DNA of 64,000 nucleotides from Octopus vulgaris (taxonomy: Eukaryota), in contig OX597818.1 of the NCBI GenBank assembly GCA_951406725.2, forward strand, positions 23,250,001 to 23,314,000, in the 5' to 3' direction. The translations under genes and the position numbers were made by a program. The notes under the pieces were generated by a model. It saw only the letters and a program-made list of their open reading frames with translations. It ran no database searches and had not been told where the DNA came from. How positions within the stretch are numbered: position 1 is the first letter of the stretch; every line of letters begins with the position of its first letter. Shown piece by piece: positions 1 through 12,400 of the stretch.

Positions 1-150
1 TAGTCACATCTAACCAGACATGTTCCTGCTCTCTAGGAATACAATCATTTTTGTGTATGTAAAGAAACCTATACTGATTGTCAAGTGTGTGTGTGTGGTG
101 GGGACAAGTGCAAAGATACACTTACACACACATACATGAATATAAATACA

Positions 151-260
151 ATGGGTATCTACATAGTTTCCATTAACCAAATTCATTCACAAAGCATTGG
201 TCAGCTTGGGGTATAATAAAAGATATTTGCCCAAGGTACCATGCATTGGGATTGAACCCA
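151..260 (-). mobile_element. CORE-type tRNA-derived SINE, degenerate 5' half
   Basis: ttgcccaaggtaccatgc core and ttgaaccca B-box complement. Confidence 0.7.
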
Positions 261-339
261 TCTAATCTCATCTTTTTCACCCATTTATTCTTGGGAGGGT
301 CATGGAGGCAGAGTCCTTAAGCATGCCTTCCAATTGGGT

Positions 340-1415
340 CCTATCAGAAACAAATGTCTCTTCTTGATCCGGCTGGATCCCCAAGCAAGACCAACTGAAC
401 TCATGGATGTTATTCAGACATCTTGCTTGTAGTCTAGCTCTGGCAGTGGCGGTTCATGTATGGCACTGCAAAACTGCAGCACCCACTATTTCCACTCGAT
501 ATTATTGATAACATTCAATATAATGAGTCCTTTTTTCTTCAATTTTTTCTTTATACTTGTACATTATATAATCCCTAAGCCTAATGTCAGTAGCCATCCC
601 CTAATTTATAGAAAAAATACAAAAATTCTTGTATAGAACTGTGTGCTTCACAGTTCCAGCAACACAGTGTTTGGCTGTTGTGCACACACTCACATGTCCA
701 AGATAGGAAGCTTCGCACTAGGGAGAGAGAGCACTGTGGTTCATGCAGTGCCGACCCTTGTGTGCTGGTGAAAGGCAGTGTGTCTTTTTGACTCCGCTTG
801 TGTTGTGCTTAAAAACGTGTTTATATTCTTGAATGTGATAAAGTGTAGAATTAGATTATTATCCTGCTTCCAATTAGTGTTGCTGCCAGGATTTGAAAAA
901 TAGAGCAGACTTTCCTCCCTTATTTTGTGATTTAGTGGGAATTTTTGAAAAACAAGGGGTAATTCGCAGCAGTGTTCAGTGAACAAATTAAACATACTAC
1001 CCGGCAGTGGCTAAAATATGAACCGATCAAGTTTAGGTATAAATTTTCTTTTTATTTGTTTGTTTCTTTTTAACAATATTAAAACAACAGCTATAAATTT
1101 TCTGAAGCAGCATCCCCACTAATTTTATCTATGAGCTACCACTGAGCTCTGGGTCTCCTGCTGGATGGTTTCGTCCATAAAACTTGTCCAGCAATTGTTT
1201 TCTGAGACATCCTTACCACACGTCTGTAATATCGGATTTGTGATCTCTCAATTTGAAGAAGAAGCGACTTCACCTAGAGCACCTCTCTTATCTCTGAGCT
1301 TCACACTCTGTCGAGTAAACGTTACTCCAAAGACCCTTCAGAGGAACCCCCTTTCAGGTGCTTGTATTTGCGATCGTATTCTTTCGGTCATTACACAAGA
1401 TTCATGACCGTATAT
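340..1415 (-). mobile_element. RTE-clade LINE 3' fragment interrupted by a hAT MITE
   Basis: Translates YGHESCVMTERIRSQIQAPERGFL*RVFG...LLLQIERSQIR...KPSSRRPRAR, typical of RTE/Expander ORF C-termini. Confidence 0.75.
444..1144. mobile_element. hAT-type MITE, copy 1
   Basis: Imperfect TIRs CAGTGGCGGTTCAT / ATGAGCTACCACTG; perfect 8-bp TSD AGCTCTGG (436-443, 1145-1152). Confidence 0.9.
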
Positions 1416-2061
1416 AAGGCACAAACACTGAATTGAAGATGGCATGTTTGGTTTTTATATGTAACTCCCTTCTCCCTTCCTCTATATTGAACTCAGTTGT
1501 TCAATACTTTTTTTTGATATGCCTGACCACTCATCACGTCAGTTCTTCAGCAGTTTTCTGTAATTTTTGTTAGTTCCTGCCAACCAATTCTATTGTCAAA
1601 TGAAGTTTACCCCTACAATCTTTTTTCCTTACTTTACACTATTCTTAACATTTTTGCCAACACATACTCACTCCATCCTCTCCCCACACATTATTTTTCA
1701 CTACTCTGAAGTTTCTATCCGTCCTCTTCCATCTATCCATCCTCTTCTCCATTTCCACTTTATTTGTGCGTGGACCAATTCACCTGATCTTGTTTTTCAT
1801 TGCTCTCAATGCTCTTGCTAACATCAGCCCTTGTTTCTGGATCCAGCAGTTCAAATGACCTGGGTCTTGTAATTTTAATCATGCAGTACTTCCTATCTGC
1901 CCTTTGACATTACTCCTAAAACCCTTTCATTTTATCATTTCTATTGAATCCGAATAATAAGACGACTATTTTTAACATCATTACTTTCTTCGCATTTCAC
2001 CATTTAGTGATAATTTCTTGTGTATCACCGCAACTGCATAAGGTGTAATGTCTTCTTCAAG

Positions 2062-2235
2062 CTGACAGGTGTGGCTGTGTGGTAAGAAGCTTGCTTTTCA
2101 CCCACATGGTTCCTGGTCCAGTCCCACTGTGTGGCACCTTGGGCAAGTGTCTTCTGCTACAGCCTCGGGTTGACCAAAGCCTTGTGGGTGGATTTGATAA
2201 ATGGAAACTGAAAGAAGCTCGTCGTATATATGTGT
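2062..2235 (+). mobile_element. CORE-type SINE 5' half
   Basis: tRNA-like head gtggtaagaagcttgc...ggtccagtccc, core gcaccttgggcaagtgtctt. Confidence 0.85.
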
Positions 2236-3054
2236 AGTGAGTCAGGAATGCTAGTTGTGTTGCTACGACATAGCACAGTTGTGCTGTGGTATGCTCCAAC
2301 CAATCAGAGCTGGACATGCAGGGATACAATAAGTAAAGCGCGGTTTTTAAGTACCGTAAATCCTCGAGTATAATCCGCATCTTTTCCCCCAAATTTAAAG
2401 GTCAAAATCCCTAGTGCGTACTATATACGAGATTAAAAATGAAAATTATTTTCTAAGCAATGTCCGAGACTCTATTTGCTGTCCGGCGATGTTTATTCAG
2501 ACACATTTTGTAATGTCGGGCACGAAAATACTTTAAGCTAAGCCTGAAAGCAATGAAGTCATAAAAGAATCATCCATAACTTGCAGTAAGCAACATTTAT
2601 TAAACGTTATTACTGTTATTACTGTTATTTCTTTATTTTCTGCAAACAAAATGCACAAAAAAGCTACACGTTTGCATTACGTTACATATATACAATAATA
2701 ATAAAGGACGTTACCGTATACATTTTTACAAACCAAGGACGTTATATAGACCTCCTTAACTCAAGTTAGAGAGGGGTGCGTATTATACACAAGGTTTAGG
2801 TTTTTCAGAGGTACAGCCCCCCCCCCCCTCCCAAAAGTCCCCTGCGTATTATACTCAAGGGCGGACTATACTCGAGGATTTACGGTAGTTGGTGAATGAA
2901 ACAGCTTCTGGTTTTTCTCCACTAACTTTGTACGACCAACTTGGTGTTATATCGGTTCTCGATTTGTCACCTCCTGAACAGCCTAGTTCATTTATGCTCA
3001 CTTCGCTCCTTGAAAGTCTGGATGATATCAGCCACAACTCGTCCTCATAATGAA
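2235..3054 (-). pseudogene. Cadherin-like exon split by a MITE
   Basis: aatatacag acceptor; removing the MITE plus one TA joins HYEDELWLISSRLSRSEVSINELGCSGGDKSRTDITPSWSYKVSGEKPEAVSFTN in frame to YLKTALYLLYPCMSSSDWLEHTTAQLCYVVAT. Confidence 0.55.
2354..2885. mobile_element. Tc1/mariner-superfamily (Tc2/pogo-like) MITE
   Basis: TIRs CCGTAAATCCTCGAGTATAATCCGC / GCGGACTATACTCGAGGATTTACGG with TA TSD. Confidence 0.9.
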
Positions 3055-3339
3055 CTGTATATTTTCAGTTAAACTAGCTTCATTCATATTAGCTTACAAT
3101 GTCTTCCAACAGAATCCTTTTGTTCAAAAGTATTGCTTTACCTGATTCACATACACATACAGGCAACACCTCTTGATGCTTGTCAGCACTCGTTCCTATT
3201 TTGATAAAATTACAATGTTTTGTTTAAAAAACTGCCTTCTGACATTCATTGCACAAGCTTCTCAAAAGCGCATTTAATGAATTTTGTCACGAACACATTC
3301 ATACTTTAAATTAGTGACCACTCTCACTAAATATGTATA

Positions 3340-3341
3340 TA

Positions 3342-3408
<67 letters not shown>

Positions 3409-3625
3409 TTGTGTTTGTTCCCCACCACCACCACCTTCGCTTGACAATCGATGTTGGTGTGTTTAGGTCCCCGTAAACTAGCGGTTCGGCAAAAGAGACC
3501 GATAGAATAAGTTCTAGGCTTACAAAGAATATGTCCTGAGATTGATTGCTCCAACTAAAAACCCTTTAAGGCGCTGCTCCAGAATGGCCGCTGCCAAAAT
3601 GACTGAAACAAGTAAAAGAATAAAA
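3340..3625 (+). mobile_element. CORE-type SINE 3' half with (GT)n
   Basis: cgcttgacaatcgatgttggtgtg...gactgaaacaagtaaaag tail shared with other copies. Confidence 0.85.
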
Positions 3626-3639
3626 GTTGTTGCGCGAAT

Positions 3640-3980
3640 AGAAGTCTTAAAGGTATTATGTTGGTTATTAAACTTGATTTCTACAAAAGTTTGATGCGGG
3701 TTAAAAAATTCTGTCATACTGCAAAAATATGGAAGCCTGAAACATGTACAGTGGGAACAATATATGACAATAAAGACAAGATTAGCTCTAGTCTTCGAAC
3801 AGCTACTCCGTCAAATTCTCGGGCGTGTTTATTTACTTTTTCAGAGATCTGACATGACGCCTAAAATGGAAAGGCTTTTCAGTGTATGGATCAACGTACT
3901 GTCAGGACGTAGTATACTGATGAACGTAATTGCTATTCAAAGAAATGCACGAAGATATTTAGGAATGCAACATTTTCGCG
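3640..3980 (+). mobile_element. Tigger/pogo transposase N-terminal fragment
   Basis: KMERLFSVWINVLSGRSILMNVIAIQRNARRY resembles the CENP-B/Tc5 HTH. Confidence 0.55.
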
Positions 3981-4046
3981 ATGCGAGTTATGCTATTTTA
4001 CACACACACACACACGTTTATATTCATGTATGTATGTATATATGTA

Positions 4047-4149
<103 letters not shown>

Positions 4150-4409
4150 TTACTTAAATAATGAGGGTGATAAATTGAATATTAATTTGATTAACATCAA
4201 TTTAAAACCTGTAGCCCAGCATATAGAAAAATATGAAAATTCAGAAAAATTGTAATACATGCATATAAGGGATGACCACTAAGTGGACATCCAATATGCT
4301 AGAAGAAGATCACTACGATCTAACCACAAAGAAAAGAATGTTGTCTCATCCCTTGTTATACGCATGTATCTATCTATCTATCTGTCTATCTGTCTGTCTG
4401 TCTGTCTGC

Positions 4410-4442
<33 letters not shown>

Positions 4443-4443
4443 C

Positions 4444-4544
<101 letters not shown>

Positions 4545-5144
4545 CCTACCTATATATATATATATTTATACTCTATCGGTGTATGATTTTACGTAAATTG
4601 ATTATGAAGAACAAAAGGCCTTGAAAAAAAAGTAATAATCCGATTTAATCGAATTAAGGATAAAGCCTTCTGCAAAAAGCTGTTGAAAACGTCCGATGAA
4701 AGTGTCAATCTTAATTTGCTTACACTCTATAAAGAAGTAAAGAGGTACATGATGAAAGCTGAACTGTCGGGTGGGCCGTTGCGAGTATTTTGTGTAAAAA
4801 TAGATTCCAGATTTTCTTTAAATCGATTTACCGCCTTCTGATATTTTGGGTGTTAGTAATATCAGTTTTGATTAATACAATAAGTTTTGAGTATAAGAGG
4901 ATTAAAGGAGTAATTCGTGTTTCGAGGGTTAGTTAGAATTTATCTTTTTTGTTATTTTTTTTTAAATTTAAAATTATTAATGATTATCATGTCTTCCATA
5001 ATGATAAGACTTTACAATGATGAGAAAAGGGAAGTAGAATTTAGATTATGTGATGTTCAAGCATTAATTTTAAAAGAGAAAAATGTAGTTCGTTTGTTAG
5101 GCAGAGCAGTGGCGATTGTCGTAAAGAAGCAAGCAAATCAACTT

Positions 5145-5535
5145 CATCGACCTCAGCACACAGCTGGTACTCATTTTATCAACCCCCAAAGGATGAAAGA
5201 TAAAGTCCACTTCAGCGGAATTTGAACTCAGGATGTAAAGGTAAATACAGACAAAATGCTGCTAAGCATTTTTGTCCGGTGCGACAACGAACTTGCAAGC
5301 TCCCCGCCTCATTTAGAATGGTAATGATACCTTTCTACTATATACGCAAGACCTGAAATTTCGAGAGAGGCAGCTAGTTAATTACGTCGACGTCAGCATT
5401 CACTTTATCAACTCCGAAAGGATAAAAGACAGAGTTGACCTCGACAGAATTTGAACTCAGAACATAAAGACGGGTGAAATGTCGCTAAGCATTTTGCCTG
5501 GTACAGTAACGATTTTGCCAGCTTGCCACCTTAGT
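5145..5535 (-). mobile_element. Two adjacent Meta-domain-like SINE copies
   Basis: ggtactcattttatcaacccccaaaggatgaaag...ggaatttgaactc motif present twice. Confidence 0.75.
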
Positions 5536-5749
5536 TAGACTGGTAATAATACCGTTCAAATGTTGTTACTTGTTATTAGATTACAAGACATTTTAAATCA
5601 TCATAGTTCAATACTAGAATTATTCACAATTAGTCAGTAAATGGCCCAAAGTATATATTTTCCGCAATAAAAATGGTTAAACACTTGTGACAAGTTTTGT
5701 GTCTTCATCAAAATTTATTCCCATATCGATAATAACAGAAACAAAATGT

Positions 5750-6015
5750 TACCATTATTATAAGGTATACACTGTACACAGTTCCATCTCCTCCTATAAA
5801 TTTGTTGCCCTGTCCATTAATAAGAACCGGTTCCGCCTATTATAAATTCAAATTTTATAGTTAAAATCTCTTTAAATGAATGTACGAGGCGCTGAAGAGC
5901 CAGAACAGACGAGAACGTTGCAACATCACTGGTGTAAACTGTATCAACCCTTCCTTTTCCTTCGGATATCATTGACGTGCGGAAAGGAAACTTGTATGCT
6001 TGGATATTTGCTCGT
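5750..6015 (-). pseudogene. Cadherin-like exon remnant
   Basis: TSKYPSIQVSFPHVNDIRRKRKG* (V.V.DVNDN remnant), followed in another frame by VLINGQGNKFIGGDGTVYSV. Confidence 0.5.
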
Positions 6016-6034
6016 CTTCCAGTGGGAGGGGAAA

Positions 6035-6050
6035 CAGAGAGAGAGAGGGG

Positions 6051-6081
<31 letters not shown>

Positions 6082-6201
6082 AGAAGAAGAAGAAGAAGAA
6101 GAAGAAGAAGAAGAAGAAGAAGAAGAAGAAGAAGAAGAAGAAGAAGAAGGAGAGGAAGAAGAAGAAGAAAAAGAAGAAGAAGAAGAAGAAGAAGAAGAAG
6201 A
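6035..6201 (+). repeat. (GA)n + (GAA)n microsatellite
   Basis: Direct inspection; explains the poly-E/K/R/S/F ORFs. Confidence 0.95.
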
Positions 6202-6783
6202 ATGTAATTGATCTTGCATGCATGAAGTGGATTCGATCCACCATAGCCAAATTTAAATTAACACTGCTGCAGAACTTTTCCCACGATGGAACAATGGTTT
6301 TTCTCTGACAGCAGTTTTACATTTTCCAGATGCCTTTAGCTAGGCCGAAATAATGTCTTCACCACGAAATTTGACCCTTTCTAACCTCTTCTACTTCACC
6401 AAAAGCTAGAATAAAGATAACAAGTCCGCCAACTAAATCTATTGTTCTCAATGATATATCTATTCTTCTGGATAGTTATATAAGCCAGCACACCACAAGC
6501 AAAAGTTAGTCACGGTCGGTGACGACTCAACGAAGTCTGGCTGACAAGCTAGATCATTGGTCAGAGGGAGAAATGAAGTTTACTGTCAGCAACGTTCCAC
6601 ACCCTACAATTCTCTCTAGTTCTAATTCTGTTCTCTTACTACACCATTCTATCTGTCTCAGCAATCACTACTAAACAATGAAGAGAACCCAAACACTAAC
6701 TTTACTTCGCATGCTTTTGGATATATCAAAACCTGCTCGTCGAGGCAAGGTATTTGTAACGTAACGGTAAATAAATATGATAC

Positions 6784-6823
6784 CAAGTGTTTCGTTAGCT
6801 TCAACCGCTGAGTTCCAGTGCTT
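6784..6823 (-). pseudogene. Candidate 40-nt cadherin-like exon
   Basis: gtcttcag| ... g|gtatca; KHWNSAVEANETL resembles Y.L.VEA.D. Confidence 0.4.
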
Positions 6824-7040
6824 CTGAAGACTCAGGGAAGATAATTGAAGTAACATTGTTGTTTATAATACTTACTTTTGAATCATCATCAAAATACTAA
6901 GATCACCCTGGTGTTACCCTGGTGTCACCCAGATGTCTCACGGTGTTGCCCTAGGGTCATTTGTGCTACGAAACTAATAATCATTATTATAACAATTCTG
7001 TGAGGTCTTAACTGATCGAACGATAACTAGTCTTACTTAC

Positions 7041-7140
7041 CTTGTCTGGGTATGTATTTTCTAAACCCATCAAACCCGCTTGCGCCGTTGTCACTATGGT
7101 TGCTAAATTGCCAGAAATGAAAAAATTGTCAGAACCCAAA
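7041..7140 (-). pseudogene. Cadherin-like exon (100 nt)
   Basis: ctcttttccag| ... aag|gtaagt; LGSDNFFISGNLATIVTTAQAGLMGLENTYPDK. Confidence 0.65.
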
Positions 7141-7459
7141 CTGGAAAAGAGAACGAAAAAAATTCTTCATTCAATATTTTCAGTTTTATTTTATAAGTAT
7201 TTCATTAAAATCAATGGCATATATAACACGTGTGCATATGATACATATATAATACAAAATCACTTTAAAATACAAAACCAAAACCGAAGAAAACACAAAC
7301 ACGAGTGAAGAAAGAAACAGAAAAGAAGAAAAGAAGAAAATGAGGAAGGAAGAAAAATGTTTCTATATTTTAAACCTATTTGTTAAATATTTTAAATATG
7401 TTAGGTATTTTCTCGGTGATTTAAAATAACAAATTTAGAAACTTGATTCGGAAAAATGA

Positions 7460-7608
7460 AGGTGTAGTAAGAAGCTGTCTTCCCAACCACATGGTTCTGG
7501 GTTCAGTCCCATTGCGTGGCACCTTGGGCAAGTGTCTTCTACTATAGCCTCAGGCTGATCAAAACCTTGTAAGTGGATTTGGTAGACAGAAACAGAAAGA
7601 AGCCCGTC

Positions 7609-7676
<68 letters not shown>

Positions 7677-7800
7677 CGGTTTGGCACAAAAGACTGACAG
7701 AATAAGTACCAGGCTTATAAAGAATAAGTCTTGGGGTCGATTTCTTCGACTAAAGGCAGTGCTCCAGCATGGCCGCAGTCAAATGACTGAGACGTGTAAA
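7460..7800 (+). mobile_element. CORE-type SINE with internal (GT)n(TA)n
   Basis: Head, core, microsatellite and tail in order. Confidence 0.85.
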
Positions 7801-8289
7801 AGCGTAACTGAGCGGATGAGATATATTCTTCGCTCCGGATAAGACTCTAGTTTATCAAAACTATTTTTGTCAGCAAAATAGTTAAGCCTTATACTATTAG
7901 CTCATTAATTACATCCCCACTAGATGTAGGACTTCAATTCGTACAATAGTTGTAATTTCGTCAGAACCCTGAACAGTAACAATTCACATTCCTTAATTCA
8001 GCACAATACGTACCTCAATTTTATGTTAATGCTTCCTAAGTAGCCTAGGAGGTTAAAGTGTTTGGCTCATAGAAGTAAGATTATGGGTTCAATTCCTGGA
8101 TTGAGAGGCATGCACTCTTATAGAGCAAGGCACTTCATTTCACGTTGTTTCAATCTATTCAGCTGTAAATGAGCACTTGCCGAGTACTGGTCAAGCCTCC
8201 TCTTTCTACCCAGCCTTCACATTCTGGATGTTCTGCTGAAGTCCAAGAGTGTGTCTGCTTGCGACTACAAACAATTAACTATCTAAAAC

Positions 8290-9055
8290 AATTAGCTATC
8301 TCTATTCACTAGTCTGGGTTGCTTTATTTTCAAATTCTCATGCTTATAATCAATTTCCTGGCAATATGGTGTGGCTGTTACCGTTTTTCCGTGTTGCAAA
8401 AACGAATAATAAATAACTCCCTTTGCAGACCACCATATAGTGATCACTAACTTTTTAGGGTGCAATGGTGGATTTGGGTAGTGTTTAGGTGACTCTGTCC
8501 TGTTCTCCTGCAATTGTCAAAGAGTATCCATTTCTCATAATAAGTAATGATTTTACGCAAAAATGGGTTTTTTTCCAGTCGAGAATTTTTTACAAGTGTC
8601 CAAAAACAGTTGTGTGAGATATTTGGAGTTCTGATGAAAGTTTTCGGACCTTTGTTCTCGGATTTTGTTCAACCAAAGCATTTAATCTATCATGCCGAAT
8701 AACTTATTTTGGCCTACTCCTTGGTTTATTTTCAAGGCTATCATCTCCTGAATGAGAGCTTTGGAACCATCTCTGAACAGTTCTGATGTCAACGAAACCA
8801 TTACCAAAGGCCCGCTTAATATTCCGTAGAGCTTCTGCAGCAGAGTGACCCAATTTGTACTCATACGAGAAAATCACTCAACATAGTTTGGTTGTTATCA
8901 TTTTCATAAGGTCTGTGGGTACGAATTTTGTATACCAATATTATTGGGAAAGAAAACGAGTCAAGGTTAAATGCTAAGTATACATGATTGAGTTTTTAAA
9001 TGATTGAAATAACAAGTAATTAAAAATGCGACATTTCATGCAAAACAACCTAATA
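8290..9055 (-). mobile_element. Mariner (DD34D-type) remnant, 5' part
   Basis: PKHYPNPPLHPKKLVITIWWSAKGVIYYSFL...YCQEID; terminus TATTAGGTTGTTTTGCATGAAATGTCG. Confidence 0.85.
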
Positions 9056-9057
9056 GA

Positions 9058-9200
9058 AGCAGTCTCTGCATCAGCATTAGCAGCTTCATCGGTCAATTTA
9101 TGTCGCGTACATTCAAGCGCTTCTTAAACCTTTCAAACCAGTCTTTATCAGTAATAAAAAGATTTTCGTTAGAGTTTCACTTCTCTTCTTTTAAAAATCG
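9058..9200 (-). mobile_element. Tigger/pogo transposase middle fragment
   Basis: NLFITDKDWFERFKKRLNV, homologous to 26690-26780. Confidence 0.65.
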
Positions 9201-9214
9201 TCATACAAATTTTT

Positions 9215-9350
9215 GACTTTTGGTCACGTGGTTCCAGGTTCAGTCCTACCGTGTGGCACCTTTGGCAGGTGTCTTTTTCTCTAGTCTCGGGCCGACCAAA
9301 ACTTTGTGAGTGGATTTGATAGACGGAAACTGAAAGAGGCCCGTCGTATT

Positions 9351-9401
<51 letters not shown>

Positions 9402-9625
9402 GTGTGCTTATATGTTTATGTGTTTGTGTTTGTTCCCCCAACATCGCCTGACAACCGATGCTGGTGTGTTTACGTCCCCGTAACTTAGAGGTACGGCAAA
9501 AGAGTCCGATAGAATAAGTACTAGGCTTACAAAGAATAAGTCCTGGGGTCGATTTGCTCGACTAAAGGCGGTGCTTCAGCATGGCCGCAGTCAAATGACT
9601 GAAACAAGTAAAAGAGTAAAAGAGT
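9215..9625 (+). mobile_element. Near full-length CORE-type SINE
   Basis: Core, (TA)n middle and complete tail ending gtaaaagagtaaaagag. Confidence 0.9.
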
Positions 9626-9732
9626 TTTACTCTTTTTCTGAATTTTCATATTTTTCTATATGCTGGGCTACTGGTTTTAAATTGATGTTAATCAAATTAA
9701 TATTCAATTTATCACCCTCATTATTTAAGTAA

Positions 9733-9797
<65 letters not shown>

Positions 9798-10361
9798 ATA
9801 GAGGATCTTTTCTTTTTGAAGGCCAGATTTTCCTAGTTAACTAAACAATTTGAAACTTCGTATACTGGTAGAATGTGTCAAAAGAAAACATTATTGTAGA
9901 CAAATTTGAAAACAAAATTGTAATTCGTAACTTGAACGTAGTTTAATTTTAAGACTTTTAACCAATGAAATCGCAGCATTCGAGCTCAAATTATTTACCT
10001 CTTCTTCTGTCTTCTACATGTGCTAGAAATAACAGCTATAGCTCTTAAATCGATTAATTTCGTCGCCCAATAAAAATATTAACGATATTTTTCGAATATT
10101 TTCTTTCTTTTTTTTTTACCGAAAAGGCTTCTCCCATGGTTTTGAAGGGCCATTGAACTTGTCGGTACTTTGAATTTGATACTCAGTCCATTCACACAAG
10201 AGCCGTTCCAGGTTGAGCAACACATTAGACCATTGACAAAATAAGGTCCGTAAATATTAATGATCTGTAGGGCAATTGTAAAATTGGTATATCCAATAAC
10301 GTTACACCGCTATATTTAGTGGTTGTTTAAGCAATGAGTTCGTGGATGATAATTGGGTTGG

Positions 10362-10413
10362 ATGAATGCTGACGAAGGAGCAAAAACTCCTGAAATATGT
10401 TATATACGCTCAT
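10362..10413 (+). ncRNA. Putative minimal type I hammerhead ribozyme
   Basis: atgaatg-CTGACGA-aggag(caaaaa)ctcct-GAAA-tat(gtt)ata-TA-cgctcat: intact core, perfect stem II, short stem III, imperfect stem I. Confidence 0.55.
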
Positions 10414-10559
10414 TACCTAATTTTCACCTTCGTTCTCAATGTTGTCGTTTACGTCAGACGTCTCAGATACGAGACGTCGTAACAGAATTAGTGCTGGCTT
10501 AATTTCTATAGTAAATCTGTAGAGATAACTTTGACAAGTGAAATAAGGTCCGTTCAATT

Positions 10560-10800
10560 AACAAAGTAATTTCTTGGACACTTGACTTGATTTTCTTTCT
10601 TTTGTCTCGCATTTTCCCACTGTAAACGTTGTAAGTTTCAATGTTTTGGCAATGTAAGTGATTTTATTTTTCCCCGCATCAAGCCTTTTTGAGACATCAG
10701 TTTTTAATATGCTGAATGATTCATTTACGGTTCCTTTTCGTACTACTACCGTCAGTTCCACTTGATGGTTTCTTTGTAGACATCATAAATTGTTGGTAAA
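10560..10800 (-). mobile_element. Tigger/pogo transposase N-terminus fragment
   Basis: MSTKKPSS...KTDVSKRLDAGKNKITYIAKTLKLTTFTV; homologous to 26960-27170. Confidence 0.65.
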
Positions 10801-10982
10801 TCCAAGAACTGCTTCGTGAGAGCAAAACAATTGTTGCCTTATTCCTATGGATGTAAAAACGGCAATAAGATGTAAGGATGAAAGAGTTAGGTAGTGGTAT
10901 GTACTGTATGATTACAGTTAGATGAACGGTTACCAGAGTCATGGGCACTTTGCTCTCTCGGTCTCGAGCTAAAAAAATCTCA

Positions 10983-11086
<104 letters not shown>

Positions 11087-11830
11087 ACAGTCCGTTGTGT
11101 TGACATACAACTGATGTAGCTACAGACATCAATTAGTTGCTCGAAAGTTGACGAGTTGGTAGAGGTAATAATATTGGTGACAATGGAAGTATTGTTAGTA
11201 GTGGTGGGGGGTGAGTGATGGTGATGGTTTTATTGTTCTTGATAACTGTATTGTCGTTGCTGTTTAGTCTCAAATCAATCCTCATGACCTAAGTTCAAAG
11301 ACATCTCTTTCAAAATAGGTAACATTATCTCATAGGGTTGTATTTTATTTTAGATGGACTTGCTTATCTAGCTCATACTATTGTTGCTGCTATTACTGGT
11401 CATTAAAGACTTGATGAGTTGGTAGTGGCAGTAGTTGGATTGGTTTTCGTATAGGTGATGGTCGTGGAGCTGGTGGTGTTGATGATACAAAGTGGTGATG
11501 CTGAAGAGTGGTTTACACATATACACACACATACAGATCGATAGAATGAATTAGATACGAAGATAGCGAGATAGAGAGATACTCATTTTGACTCAAAATA
11601 TATACGCGAACACATGCACAACTATTCATAGTGAAAAGTCTTAAAATTAATCCAAGTTTCTACCGTAAGGGCGAAGTTATAGAATGTATCCCGAGCACAA
11701 AATCCTGTGACATAATGCAACCGTAACGTGATGTATTCCTGTACTTTATTTTAAAGACTGGTTCAAAATGTTTATGATTCCTAATTTTGAATTGTGAGTT
11801 CTGTAATCTTTTCTTTCTGTTGATACTTAC

Positions 11831-11934
11831 CCTAGATAGACCCATGTAAAATGGATCAACATCGTTCCTGCAAAGGAGCACCCTATGGAAGCAACTGTAG
11901 CCTTTTCCATCATTGGTTGATGATACTCAGGTAC
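11831..11934 (-). pseudogene. Cadherin-like exon (104 nt)
   Basis: ttttgttttaaacag| ... gg|gtaagt; VPEYHQPMMEKATVASIGCSFAGTMLIHFTWVYL resembles PEF.QP.Y.ATV.E...GT.L. Confidence 0.65.
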
Positions 11935-12074
11935 CTGTTTAAAACAAAACATTAAGGGTTAACGTAGACAAACAAAAGTACACAGGGTCATGTTTGGAAT
12001 GATGCTGCATAGTGTGAAACGAGAGAAAAAAACATGCGAAGAAATATTTGGGTAAATATATAATATATACAGTG

Positions 12075-12400
12075 AAAGTGCATGACTTAGGTGTTAGAGC
12101 GTCCGGTTTACAATCGTTAGGTTTTGAGTTCGGGCCGGGCTGTGAGTTGTGTCCTTGATCAAGTTACTTTGTTTCATGTTGCTCCAGTTCATTCAGCTCT
12201 GGAAATGAGTTGCAACGTCACTGGTGCCAAGCTGTAATTGGCCATTGCCTTTCTCTTGAACAACATCGGTGGCATGGAGAGGGGAGATTGATATGCATGG
12301 ACGACTACTGGTCTTCCACAAAATAACCGTACCCAGACTTGTGCCTTGGAGGGAAACTTCCTAAGTGCAATCCCATGGTCATTCGTAACCGAAGGGAGCC
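12075..12400 (+). mobile_element. tRNA-derived SINE (head shared with copies at 8035, 27300, 58340, 58516)
   Basis: tgtgtccttgatcaagttactttgtttcatgttgctccagttcattcagct body. Confidence 0.7.

Noticed and set aside
5876-6308. Poly-Glu/Lys/Arg/Ser/Phe ORFs
   Set aside because: Translations of the (GA)n(GAA)n microsatellite.
6900-6960. LINE RT GVPQGS motif
   Set aside because: It is a degenerate ~10-11-bp tandem repeat (ggtgttaccct-like).
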